Assembly: GCA_963666215.2 (NCBI GenBank)
Contig: CAXWPL010000005.1
Coordinates: forward strand, 224,001 to 288,000
Direction of reading: 5' to 3'
DNA length: 64,000 bases
Source of the DNA: Acidobacteriota bacterium
GTDB lineage: Bacteria > Acidobacteriota > UBA890 > WLXD01
Shown here: one piece after another, positions 39,716 through 48,432 of the stretch
How the letters are laid out: every line of letters starts with the position of its first letter
Position numbering within the stretch: the stretch's first letter is position 1
The notes under the pieces: generated by a model
What the model saw: only the letters and a program-made list of their open reading frames with translations
What the model was told of the DNA's origin: nothing
The model's database searches: none
Position numbers and translations under genes: made by a program

Positions 39716-42451
39716 CTAGAACAACCAGCGCAACGCAATGCGGAAGATCCGCGGGTTCGGGATCGACCTGGGATCGCCGAAGAACGGCTCACGCAGTTGG
39801 ATGTTGGTCACCGTGTCTTCGTTCGTGACGTTGAACACATCCATCAACAGACCGAGGTCCCCGAGAGCATTCGGCAGCTGGAACTTCTTCTCCGCCCGCA
39901 CATTGAGGTTCTTCAAGCTGTCGAGCGACGTAGAACCCATCTGCTCGATCGGGACCGTGACACGGCCCTGGTTGAAGCCACTGAACCGCTGCGTGTGTGT
40001 GAACGCTCCACTGCTCATGGCATCGAACTGGAAGCCGATGAGCGTACGGATCGGATCCGGCAGCAGGTACGAGCCCTGCAGCTTGAACACGTAGCGACGC
40101 GAGTTCGGTAGCTCACCCGGGGCACCCACGAACACGTTCGGCGTGTCGAACGCGGAGACGGAGCCCCCGTTGCCGCTCTGGCTGCTGGAGGTGAAGAAGT
40201 TGGCTTCCGACTTCTGCACCATCAACGACGCGATCAGCGCCCAGTTGTCGGCAAGCCGTTTGTTGACCAGGAACTGCACACCATTGTAGGTGCGCTCCAG
40301 ATTGCCATTCGGGTTGTTGACCATCAGGCGGAACCGGTCGAATATGTCGGCGTTGAAGAGCGTCAACGAATTGCCGTTGAGGTCCGTCACCGACACCGGC
40401 ACGAACGTCGAGCCGACGTCCTTGCCGCCGTAGAGGTCCTTATCGTCCTTGTGGACCCACTTCACGCCAACGGCCACATCTTCGAACAGCTGGTGGTCGA
40501 TGCCGACCGTGATCTGGTCGCTGTAAGTGTTCTGCAGGTCCGGATCGATCCCCAGCCCGGTGAGAGCGTTGGTCCTGAAGAACTCGGTGAACTGCGCACC
40601 GTCCCAGAACAGGCCCACGAAGTCCGACCGCTGCGGGTCGAAGTTATCGAAGGAGCTGCCGTGAGCCTCCTCGTAGAACCGACCCCAGAAACCGTGTAGA
40701 GCCGTACGACCGTCTCCGAAGACGTCGAAGTTGATGCCGGCGCGCGGCGCGAAGTCGTTGAAGGTGGGCTCGTCGGGCCGCGTGACGTCGACGAAACCGA
40801 TCTTCCACGAGTCGAAGCGGGCACCGAGATTCAGAGTGACACGATCGGCGATCGTCCAGTCGTCCTGAACAAACGCGGTGAGCACGTTGATGTTCGACGT
40901 GTTGCGCGTGAAGTCCGGATCGTTCTGGTAGGCCAGGTACGGGTCGCCGAAGTACGGGTAGTAGATGATGCCTTCACCCGCCCCGTTCAGGCCATAGCGC
41001 GCCTGGTCGTCGGTCTTCAGGTTCTCGTACTCGAGACCGAACTTGAACGAATGGCTACCCGCGAAGTCCTCGGCAAAGTATGAGACGTTGCCCTGGAAAT
41101 TCGTGCGCGCCCGGTCGAACGTGTAGTGCGCCCAGTAGGCATCCGTGAACCGGCCGGTGCCGAGATCGAAGCTCGCCGGTCCCTCGCTGATCGGAATCAG
41201 GTCGAAGAAGCCGTAGAAGCCCGAGTACTTCAGCTCCAGGAAGGCGTCCGGCGAAAGGACACTGTTCCACGTGATATTCGGGGTGATGTTCATCGACGGC
41301 TCGTGCGCGGTGGCCGAGATGTCGGTGTTCGGCCGCGCCGGGCGACCGTCGAGGGTATAGGTGTCGGCCATCACCGAGCCGATGAGCCGGGTGTTCTGGT
41401 TGGCCTGCCAGGTGAACTTGCCGAGGAAGCGGTCGGAGTTCTGCGGCGATACGTACTCCGCTCCGGCGCGCTGAAACGAGTCGTAGAACGCCTGGTAGCC
41501 GGCGAAGAACCAAATCTCGTCCTTCTTCAGCGGCCCGCCGAGATTCGCGGTGGCGTCGTAGCGGTAGTCGAGGACCGGAGGTGAAAAGCTACTCAGGACC
41601 GACGGACCGCCCGTGAGCGGGTTGGTGACGTTCTGCGTGTTGTCGCCGATGAAGAAGCAACCTTCACCCGGTGAACTTCGGGAACACCCGCCCTGGTAGA
41701 AGAAGTTGCCCTCGCCGTGGAAGTTGTTGCCTCCCGACTTGGTGACGACGTTGAAGACGCCGCCCTGGGCCTTGCCGTACTCGGCGCCGGCGCCGCTCGT
41801 GACCATCTCGACGACCTCGAACCAATCCGGGCTGTAGAACGGGAACTGGCCGCCTCCACCAGGATCGGTAACGGACACGCCGTCGACCTGGAAAGCGTTC
41901 GAGCCCGTTGGCGAGCCGAAGAAGCTCGGCGTCGAGCCCGTGTCGCCGGTACCGCCAGGGCTGGCGTCCGGCGACAGGTTCATCAGGTCGCGACCAACAC
42001 CGCGAATCTCGGGCAGTGTGTTGCGCAGCGCGTCGCTGTACTCGCTGCCGCCCTTCGTGCTCTTGATGTCGACGATCGGCGACCTCGCGGTGACCGTGAT
42101 CGTCTCTTCGACCGAGGCCAGACGCATGCTGACGCCGATGGTGCTGGTGCGACGAACGCCGACGTTGACGTTCTCGTAAACGACGGTGCTGAAGCCCTGC
42201 AGCTCGAAGACCAGGCGGTAGTTGCCCGGCGGAAGCAGCGTTGCACGATAAGTCCCGTCGGTACCGGTGAACACCACCTGCTGGCCGATCAGCGACGCCG
42301 AGGTGATGGTTGCCGTCACACCCGGAAGCGGTGCGCCATCGGCGTCGAGGACCGTGCCACCGACCGAGCCGGTGCTCGTTACCTGCGCGTGCGCCAGCCC
42401 GGCGGCCCCCACCAGCAGCAATGCCGCGAGGATCGTGAAGGCGCTCTTCAT
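39716..42451 (-). CDS. TonB-dependent outer-membrane receptor, Oar type (N-terminal carboxypeptidase-regulatory-like domain)
   Basis: Signal peptide, GTVLDADGAPLPGVT, ETITVTA, NAFQVDGV, NVVTKSGGNNFHG, FVQDDW, TLNLGARFD, FAPRAG, C-terminal RWLF. Confidence 0.95.
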   Translation of the reverse strand: MKSAFTILAALLLVGAAGLAHAQVTSTGSVGGTVLDADGAPLPGVTATITSASLIGQQVVFTGTDGTYRATLLPPGNYRLVFELQGFSTVVYENVNVGVRRTSTIGVSMRLASVEETITVTARSPIVDIKSTKGGSEYSDALRNTLPEIRGVGRDLMNLSPDASPGGTGDTGSTPSFFGSPTGSNAFQVDGVSVTDPGGGGQFPFYSPDWFEVVEMVTSGAGAEYGKAQGGVFNVVTKSGGNNFHGEGNFFYQGGCSRSSPGEGCFFIGDNTQNVTNPLTGGPSVLSSFSPPVLDYRYDATANLGGPLKKDEIWFFAGYQAFYDSFQRAGAEYVSPQNSDRFLGKFTWQANQNTRLIGSVMADTYTLDGRPARPNTDISATAHEPSMNITPNITWNSVLSPDAFLELKYSGFYGFFDLIPISEGPASFDLGTGRFTDAYWAHYTFDRARTNFQGNVSYFAEDFAGSHSFKFGLEYENLKTDDQARYGLNGAGEGIIYYPYFGDPYLAYQNDPDFTRNTSNINVLTAFVQDDWTIADRVTLNLGARFDSWKIGFVDVTRPDEPTFNDFAPRAGINFDVFGDGRTALHGFWGRFYEEAHGSSFDNFDPQRSDFVGLFWDGAQFTEFFRTNALTGLGIDPDLQNTYSDQITVGIDHQLFEDVAVGVKWVHKDDKDLYGGKDVGSTFVPVSVTDLNGNSLTLFNADIFDRFRLMVNNPNGNLERTYNGVQFLVNKRLADNWALIASLMVQKSEANFFTSSSQSGNGGSVSAFDTPNVFVGAPGELPNSRRYVFKLQGSYLLPDPIRTLIGFQFDAMSSGAFTHTQRFSGFNQGRVTVPIEQMGSTSLDSLKNLNVRAEKKFQLPNALGDLGLLMDVFNVTNEDTVTNIQLREPFFGDPRSIPNPRIFRIALRWLF

Positions 42452-42580
42452 GGAGATAACCCTCCTGTTGGGTTAACTGTGGCCACCCGGACGGCGTCCG
42501 GGATTTGCGGCCGTGATCGTAACTCGTACCCGAACGCCAGTAAATCCAACGCTCGGCAAGGGAATCCAACATGATGTAAG

Positions 42581-42595
42581 GCAAAATCCGTGCCG
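42581..42595 (-). promoter_or_regulatory. Sigma-54 (-24/-12) promoter of the TonB-dependent receptor
   Basis: Minus strand CGGCACGGATTTTGC is GG-N10-GC, close to the consensus TGGCACG-N4-TTGC. Confidence 0.72.
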
Positions 42596-42622
42596 CCCGA
42601 ATGACTTCTGGCCGGTCCCCAC

Positions 42623-42646
42623 AAGCACTTGAAAACAAAGTGTTTA
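42623..42646. promoter_or_regulatory. IHF-like AT-rich quasi-palindrome upstream of the sigma-54 promoter
   Basis: AAGCACTT-GAAAACA-AAGTGTTTA about 30-50 bp upstream of the -24 element, the usual IHF position. Confidence 0.5.
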
Positions 42647-42796
42647 ACGGCATCACGGCGGCCTTCGTACGCGGCCGCTGATTCAAGCGTACGTAGCGAC
42701 AATCCAACCAATTGGATCGCGTACCAAAATCGTGATCAGCGGAACGGCCGATCGCTCGATCGATAGCGGTGCCAGACGACGATTCCGAGCTCCCCC

Positions 42797-45071
42797 CTAA
42801 CTCTCCCCGAGCTGCCTCAGCAGCGCCGTTGCCTGGTCGAAATCGGGGTCGGCCTGCAGGGCGCGGCGCAGAGCGGCCACCGCCGAATCCCGACGCTGCA
42901 GCCGCAAGAGCACCAGTGCGTGGTTGAAATGGACGCGGGCGTCGGTGGGCTCGAGTTGCCCGGCGCGCTCCAGGGCGTCGCCCGCCGCCGACATCTCGCC
43001 CACCGCCGCGAGCGCCGTTCCGAGTTCGGCCCAGGCCGTGCCGTCGCCGGGCTCGAGCTCGGTCAGTCGACGCAGCTTGACGATGGCCGGCTGTGGTTGC
43101 CGGCGCAGCAGGTAGAGGTTGGCCATGTTGCGCATGAGCTGGGCATGGTCGGGGGCCATCGCTTCGCCGCGCAGGTAGGCGTCGAGGGCGGCGTCGAGAT
43201 CGCCCTGGGCGTGGAGCAGGTAGCCGAGCTCCATCGGGAAGGTGCTGACGTCCGGTAGGAGATTGATGGCCTCTCGCAGCAACTCGACCGCTCGCGCCGG
43301 CTCGTCGACCTTGCGATACGCGGTGGCCAGCTGCAGGTAGGTGAAGCTGTACGACGGATTGAGTTGCAGCGAGGCCTCGAGCTCCTCGATCGCTTCTTCG
43401 ACCCGGTCCTGCGCGAGGAATGCCCTCCCCAGGTAGTAACGAACGATGAAGTGATTGGGGGCCAGCTCGTCGAGCTCCAGGAGCGCTTCCTCGGCTTCCG
43501 ACCAGCGTTCGTTGGCAACGAGCTCCACGGCATCATCGATGCCATCGTTGAAGCCCTCGAAGACGGCGATGCGGTCCTTCGGATTTATCTTGCGAAGCTC
43601 CGGATCGAGCGCCGCACCAGCTCCGCCGCCGGTACCGCCGAGGTAGCCGAGTGCGCGCAGGCGCTCGAGCGTCTCGGCGTCGAGCGGCCGCTGGCCCGCG
43701 GCGTAGTCGGAAGGATCGTCGTCGCCAATCAGCTGCGCCAACTCGGCCGCCATTGCGGCGGCACGCTCGTGGGCGACGCCGTTATCCGGAAAAAGGTCCG
43801 CGACCTCACCGGCGTCGCGCCGTATTTCGTAGAGCTCCGGCCGGGGCGCTTCGATGTACTTGAAGCGGCCCTCGCTGTCGCGCAACGATCGGAGCTCGCT
43901 CCAGCCGAAGTGCAGCAGTGGCACCAAGCTCTCGGAGTACGCCGGGTGACCGGGCCGGTCGGGGCTGGCGATCAGCGGCCGCAGGTCGTGCCCGTCGAGC
44001 GGGCCCATCGAGCGGGCCCATCGAGCTGGTCAGGTCCGCGACGGGCTCAGGGAGTGCCAGCAATCCGAGCGCGGTCGGAAGAACGTCAACAAGACTCGCT
44101 TGACCGCTGACCTCGACTGCCGCCGGTATCGCGCCAGGCTGCCAGAGAATCAGCGGCACGCGCGTGGTGCTGTCGTAAATCAGGAAGGTGTGCCACTCCT
44201 CGTCGTGATCACCCAATCCCTCGCCGTGATCGGAGGTGACGATCACCAGAGTGTCGTCGCGGTGACCGGAGGCCCGCAGGCGCGCGAGGAGATCGCCGAC
44301 GAGCGCGTCGGTGTAGGCCACCTCGCCGTCGTAGGGTCGGCCCAAGTAGCGCGACGCATACGGCTCGGGCGGCTCGTAGGGTGTGTGGGGCTCGTACAAA
44401 TGAACCCAGGCGAAGAATGGCTCTGTCGCTGACGGTCCGCTGGCGCCAATCCACTCCATCGCTTCGTCGATGACGGCCGTTCCCGGGCGGTGGATGTCGG
44501 AAAGAAGATTCGAGTCAGCACCGCGCTCCAGGGAATCGAAGCTGGTGTAGGTATCGAATCCCTGCCCGATGCCGAAACGTGCATCGAGAACGAACGACGA
44601 AACAAAGCCGCCGGTGCGGTAGCCGCTCGCGCTCAGTATCTCGGCGAGGGTCACCGCGCCCGACCCCAGCGTGAACGTGCCGTTGTCGCGCACGCCGTTG
44701 TGGAAGGGGTACAGCCCTGTGAGCAAGGCGCTGTGCGACGGCAACGTGATCGGCACCGCGCTCGCGACCTGTTCGAAGCGCACGCCCTCGGCGGCGAGCT
44801 GATCGAGGACGGGCGTTTCCACGTTGGTCGCGCCGTAGGACCCCAGACGATCGGCGCGCAGAGTATCGAGCGTCACCAACAACAGGTTGGGACCGGCCCG
44901 CAGGTTGGCTCCCTCCTGCAATGGCCCCGCCGTGGCCGTGTTGAGACCGATCGTCAGCAGGACAACTCCGAGCACCCACAGCGGCGGCACTCGGCGACCC
45001 ACGGGCTCACGCTCTCGCGGCCGCGGCCATGCCGGCTCGGCGAAGCGATGCAGGCCGGCACGCGGTTTCAC
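42797..45071 (-). pseudogene. Sulfatase-fold (alkaline phosphatase superfamily)-TPR fusion protein, frameshifted by a 13-bp tandem duplication
   Basis: LDTLRADRL, PITLPSH, WVHLYEPH, SDHGE in ORF 43806-45203; AYSES, ELY, RLRALGYL and TPRs in ORF 42797-44008. Removing one repeat unit gives 753 aa, colinear with the paralog at 50528. Confidence 0.88.
43995..44026. repeat. 13-bp tandem repeat (tcgagcgggccca x2 plus tcgagc)
   Basis: Units at 43995-44007 and 44008-44020, partial unit at 44021-44026. Confidence 0.95.
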
Positions 45072-46630
45072 GAACAAACCTCGGCGGGTGCCTTGAGCGC
45101 GGACCAAACGAGCGGACCGAGTGTGTGCCCGGCGGCCCGGGCCCTTCCGAGCGCCGCACGCGCCTGCTCCTCGCGGCCGGCTTGCAACGACGCCAGCACC
45201 CATTCGCGGTGCAACTCGGCATCGTCGCGGCCGGCGGCGGCCGCCGCCTCCAGAGTCTCGATCGCCGCCTCGAAATCGCCCGCACGGCGGAGCAACGCGC
45301 CAAGCCCGAGCAGCGATCCGGGGTCGGTGGGGTCATGTCCCAGCGCCTGCAGATAGGCGGCGCGGGCGCGTTCAGGGTCGTCCACCTGCTTGCGGTTGTA
45401 GTCGCCGAGCTCGCGCTGCTCGGCTGCGTCGGTAAGGCGCTTGAACATCCGCAGGTGATCCTGGCCCAGCGCGTCGCCACCACGGATCAGGATCGTGCCG
45501 AGCACGAAGTACGCTTTCACACTCCTGGGATCGGCACCCAGAATGGCCCGCGCAGCGGCGCTCGCCTCGTCTCCACGTCCCAACTGCATCAGCAATACGG
45601 CCCGCAGCTCCGCCGCGCTCTGGCGCGACGGCGCCCGATCGTCGCCGTCCGTCGCACTCGCAACGGCGAACTCCCGGAGGTCGTTGGCCGCCTGCTCGAC
45701 CTCGGCGAGCGCCACTTCGCGCTCGCCGCGCCCCGCGAGGATCTCGGCCACCTGCAAGCGGGCGACGCCGTGGTTCGGGGAGCGCCGCAAGATCTCTCGG
45801 TACTCGACCAGCGCCTCATCCTCTTGCCGCTGAATCCGCAGCTCGCTGGCCAGCGCCACGCGCGCTGGAACGAAGGCTGGCGACAGCTCCAGTGCCGCTC
45901 TGTACGCCACGATCGCGGCCTCCGCGTCGCCCAAGGCAGCATGCGCGCCGCCGAGACGTAACCACAGCGCGGGCTGATCGGGGCTCCGCTGTATCGCCAC
46001 CTCAACCTGTTCGGCGGCAAGCGCTGGGTCGGAAAGCTGCATCGCGATGACCCCGAGACGGACCACTGGCGCTCCCCAGCCGGGCGAGGCCTCGGCAAGT
46101 TCGGCGAACCATTCGCGGGCGCGGTCGATGTAGCCGCCGCGGTAACAGACCTCGGCGCGGTAGTAGTCGATCGGTGGATCGTCCGAACGGCTCGCTCCAG
46201 CAGCCTCCAGCGCTGCGGCCGCCTCGGTCAGCCTCCCGACCTCGAGGTAGGCCTGGCCCAAGAGGAACTCCACGGGCCCAGGCTCGCTGGTGGCGTCGCG
46301 GGCGAACTCAAGGTGGATCAACGCCTCGTCGAGCTCGCGGGCGGCGAAGAGCGCACGCCCGAAGTGGTACCGACCCACGGGATCCGCGGGGCTCAGGCGC
46401 ACCGCGACTCGCAGTTCCTCAACCGCCTCGTCGACCCGATTCGCCTCGAGCAACTCGATACCGCGCTGCACCAGCGCGGAAGTTGATGTTTGAGCCGCCG
46501 ACGACAGCGGCAGGGACACCACGAGCGTGAGCCCGGAGACGACGATCACCAGCACCAGCACCCGCGACCAGCTCCAGCGCACCGATCCGAAGGCGCGCGC
46601 ACCCTCCCACCAACAAGACCGGCGGCTCAC
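45068..46630 (-). CDS. Exported tetratricopeptide-repeat protein
   Basis: Hydrophobic signal ending SSAAQ, multiple TPR helices; GTGA overlaps with both neighbours. Confidence 0.85.
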   Translation of the reverse strand: MSRRSCWWEGARAFGSVRWSWSRVLVLVIVVSGLTLVVSLPLSSAAQTSTSALVQRGIELLEANRVDEAVEELRVAVRLSPADPVGRYHFGRALFAARELDEALIHLEFARDATSEPGPVEFLLGQAYLEVGRLTEAAAALEAAGASRSDDPPIDYYRAEVCYRGGYIDRAREWFAELAEASPGWGAPVVRLGVIAMQLSDPALAAEQVEVAIQRSPDQPALWLRLGGAHAALGDAEAAIVAYRAALELSPAFVPARVALASELRIQRQEDEALVEYREILRRSPNHGVARLQVAEILAGRGEREVALAEVEQAANDLREFAVASATDGDDRAPSRQSAAELRAVLLMQLGRGDEASAAARAILGADPRSVKAYFVLGTILIRGGDALGQDHLRMFKRLTDAAEQRELGDYNRKQVDDPERARAAYLQALGHDPTDPGSLLGLGALLRRAGDFEAAIETLEAAAAAGRDDAELHREWVLASLQAGREEQARAALGRARAAGHTLGPLVWSALKAPAEVCS

Positions 46631-48432
46631 GGCGCCCTCCTGGCGACAACGCCGTACAGCTCGTCCACGATCAGGCTGCCGGGCTCGACGTCGACGAGCT
46701 CGGTCACCGCGCCACCGGGCCAGACAATCTGCAAGGCATCGGCCCGACCCGAGGGCAGAAACACCAGCAACCGCCGGTCGCTGGCGCCCAGGTAGCCGTC
46801 GGAGGTGTGCAGCTCGACATGCTGCGTTGTCGACCCCGAGCGAACCGTGACGCGCGCGCCGTAAGCGGAGCGATTGCCGCTGCGACCTACCAGCGTCAAC
46901 CGCAGGGGCGCCGCCGCCATGTCGCCGTCGTTACGCAGCAGAACGGGCGGCTCGTTGAGATTGGTGACCAACAGGTCGATGTCCGCATCGTTGTCGTAGT
47001 CGCCGGCGAACGCCGAGCGCGATGGCGCACGAGCCTGCATCCCGGTCGCCTGAGAGAGCTCTTCAGGCGCACCCTCGCCAATCTCTTCGAACGTGGCGAC
47101 TCCGGTTTCGCGCAGCCGATTGAAAAATAAGTGGTTGCGCTGTGCATACGACTCGACGGGGTCGAGTTGCGGGTAGATATGTCCGTTGGCCACGAAGAGG
47201 TCCTGGTCGGCGTCGCCGTCGATGTCGATGAACAGAGCCGCCCAGCCCATGTAGGGGTGACTGACACGAGCCAAGCCGGAGGCCTCGCTGCTTTCGTCGA
47301 ACACGCAGCCACCCAGATTGCGGTAGAGCGAGTTGTTGTCGTTCTGGAAGTTGCTGACGAACAGGTCGAAGCGACCGTCGCCGTCGTAGTCGGCCGATGC
47401 CGCGCTCATGCCCGCCTGCTCGCGCCCATCGCCGCTGTAACCGGCGCCTGAGAACAGGGCCTCATCAACCGGCTGGCCACCCTCATCGCGGCGATACAAC
47501 TGGTTGATCATCGAGTCGTTGGCGACGTAAATCTCGGCGTCACCGTCGGCGTCGCAGTCGCTCGCCACCAGCGCGAAGCTGTAGGTCGCCTCGGGATCGA
47601 TCAGAGCGACGTCGGCCCTCACGAAGCCTTTCTCGGTGCCCGCGTGCTCGAGACGGTTGAGGTACAGCAGATCAACCTGCCCGGCCAGCCCTTCGGGCCC
47701 GCAGAAGACCTCCTCGCCGCGGTAGGTACAAAGGCGGTCCCCCAAGGTCGGGGTATTGAGAGGATCGAAATCGATGTACCGAGTGACGTAGAGGTCGAGC
47801 GCACCATCGCCGTCCCAATCGGTGAAAGCGGCACTCGCCCCCCAGCCTTCGTCTTCAACGCCGAGCCGCCAGGGGTCGAAGCTGCCGTCGCCGTTGTTGC
47901 GATAAAGGCGGTCAGTGCCGATCGCCGTGACGAACAGCTCGGGATAACCATCGCTGTCGACATCGGCCGTTGCCGCGCCGTTGCCCCAAGCCTGATCGCC
48001 CGCGCCGCCGCCCTCGGGTACGGGCACAAAGCTTCCACGGTGGCTGCGGAACAGCCTGTGACCGACGTCGCCGGGAGGTTGGCGCAGCGCCGCGATCGTA
48101 GCCGCAACGGGATTGTCGACCGGCCCGTCGAGACCGTTGACGAGAAACAGGTCGAGCCAACCGTCCATGTCGTAGTCGATCCAGGCCCCGCCGGATCCGC
48201 CGAATTCGGTGATGTAGCCCTTCTGCGGACTCCCGTAGCGGTGCTGGAGCGAGATGCCGGAGTCGTCGGAGCCGACGGCGACCAGTTGCGCCGTGTCCTC
48301 GGCGTGTGAGCGGCCCACGGCCAAGGTCGCGGCAATGGCGACGAGCAGCGGAGCGCAGAGGGCTCGCGCGACAAGATCGCGCAGATCGCGAACATACGGC
48401 GGCGCTGGCGCCGCCTCGGAAAGCCGCGTCAT
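46627..48432 (-). CDS. CRTAC1/ASPIC-UnbV family protein (FG-GAP-like Ca-binding repeats)
   Basis: Repeated DYDMDGWLDLF, DVDSDGYPELF, DWDGDGALDLY, DYDGDGRFDLF, DIDGDADQDLFVANGH, DYDNDADIDL; C-terminal GNRSAYGARV...GYLG...IVWPGG. Confidence 0.92.
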   Translation of the reverse strand: MTRLSEAAPAPPYVRDLRDLVARALCAPLLVAIAATLAVGRSHAEDTAQLVAVGSDDSGISLQHRYGSPQKGYITEFGGSGGAWIDYDMDGWLDLFLVNGLDGPVDNPVAATIAALRQPPGDVGHRLFRSHRGSFVPVPEGGGAGDQAWGNGAATADVDSDGYPELFVTAIGTDRLYRNNGDGSFDPWRLGVEDEGWGASAAFTDWDGDGALDLYVTRYIDFDPLNTPTLGDRLCTYRGEEVFCGPEGLAGQVDLLYLNRLEHAGTEKGFVRADVALIDPEATYSFALVASDCDADGDAEIYVANDSMINQLYRRDEGGQPVDEALFSGAGYSGDGREQAGMSAASADYDGDGRFDLFVSNFQNDNNSLYRNLGGCVFDESSEASGLARVSHPYMGWAALFIDIDGDADQDLFVANGHIYPQLDPVESYAQRNHLFFNRLRETGVATFEEIGEGAPEELSQATGMQARAPSRSAFAGDYDNDADIDLLVTNLNEPPVLLRNDGDMAAAPLRLTLVGRSGNRSAYGARVTVRSGSTTQHVELHTSDGYLGASDRRLLVFLPSGRADALQIVWPGGAVTELVDVEPGSLIVDELYGVVARRAP

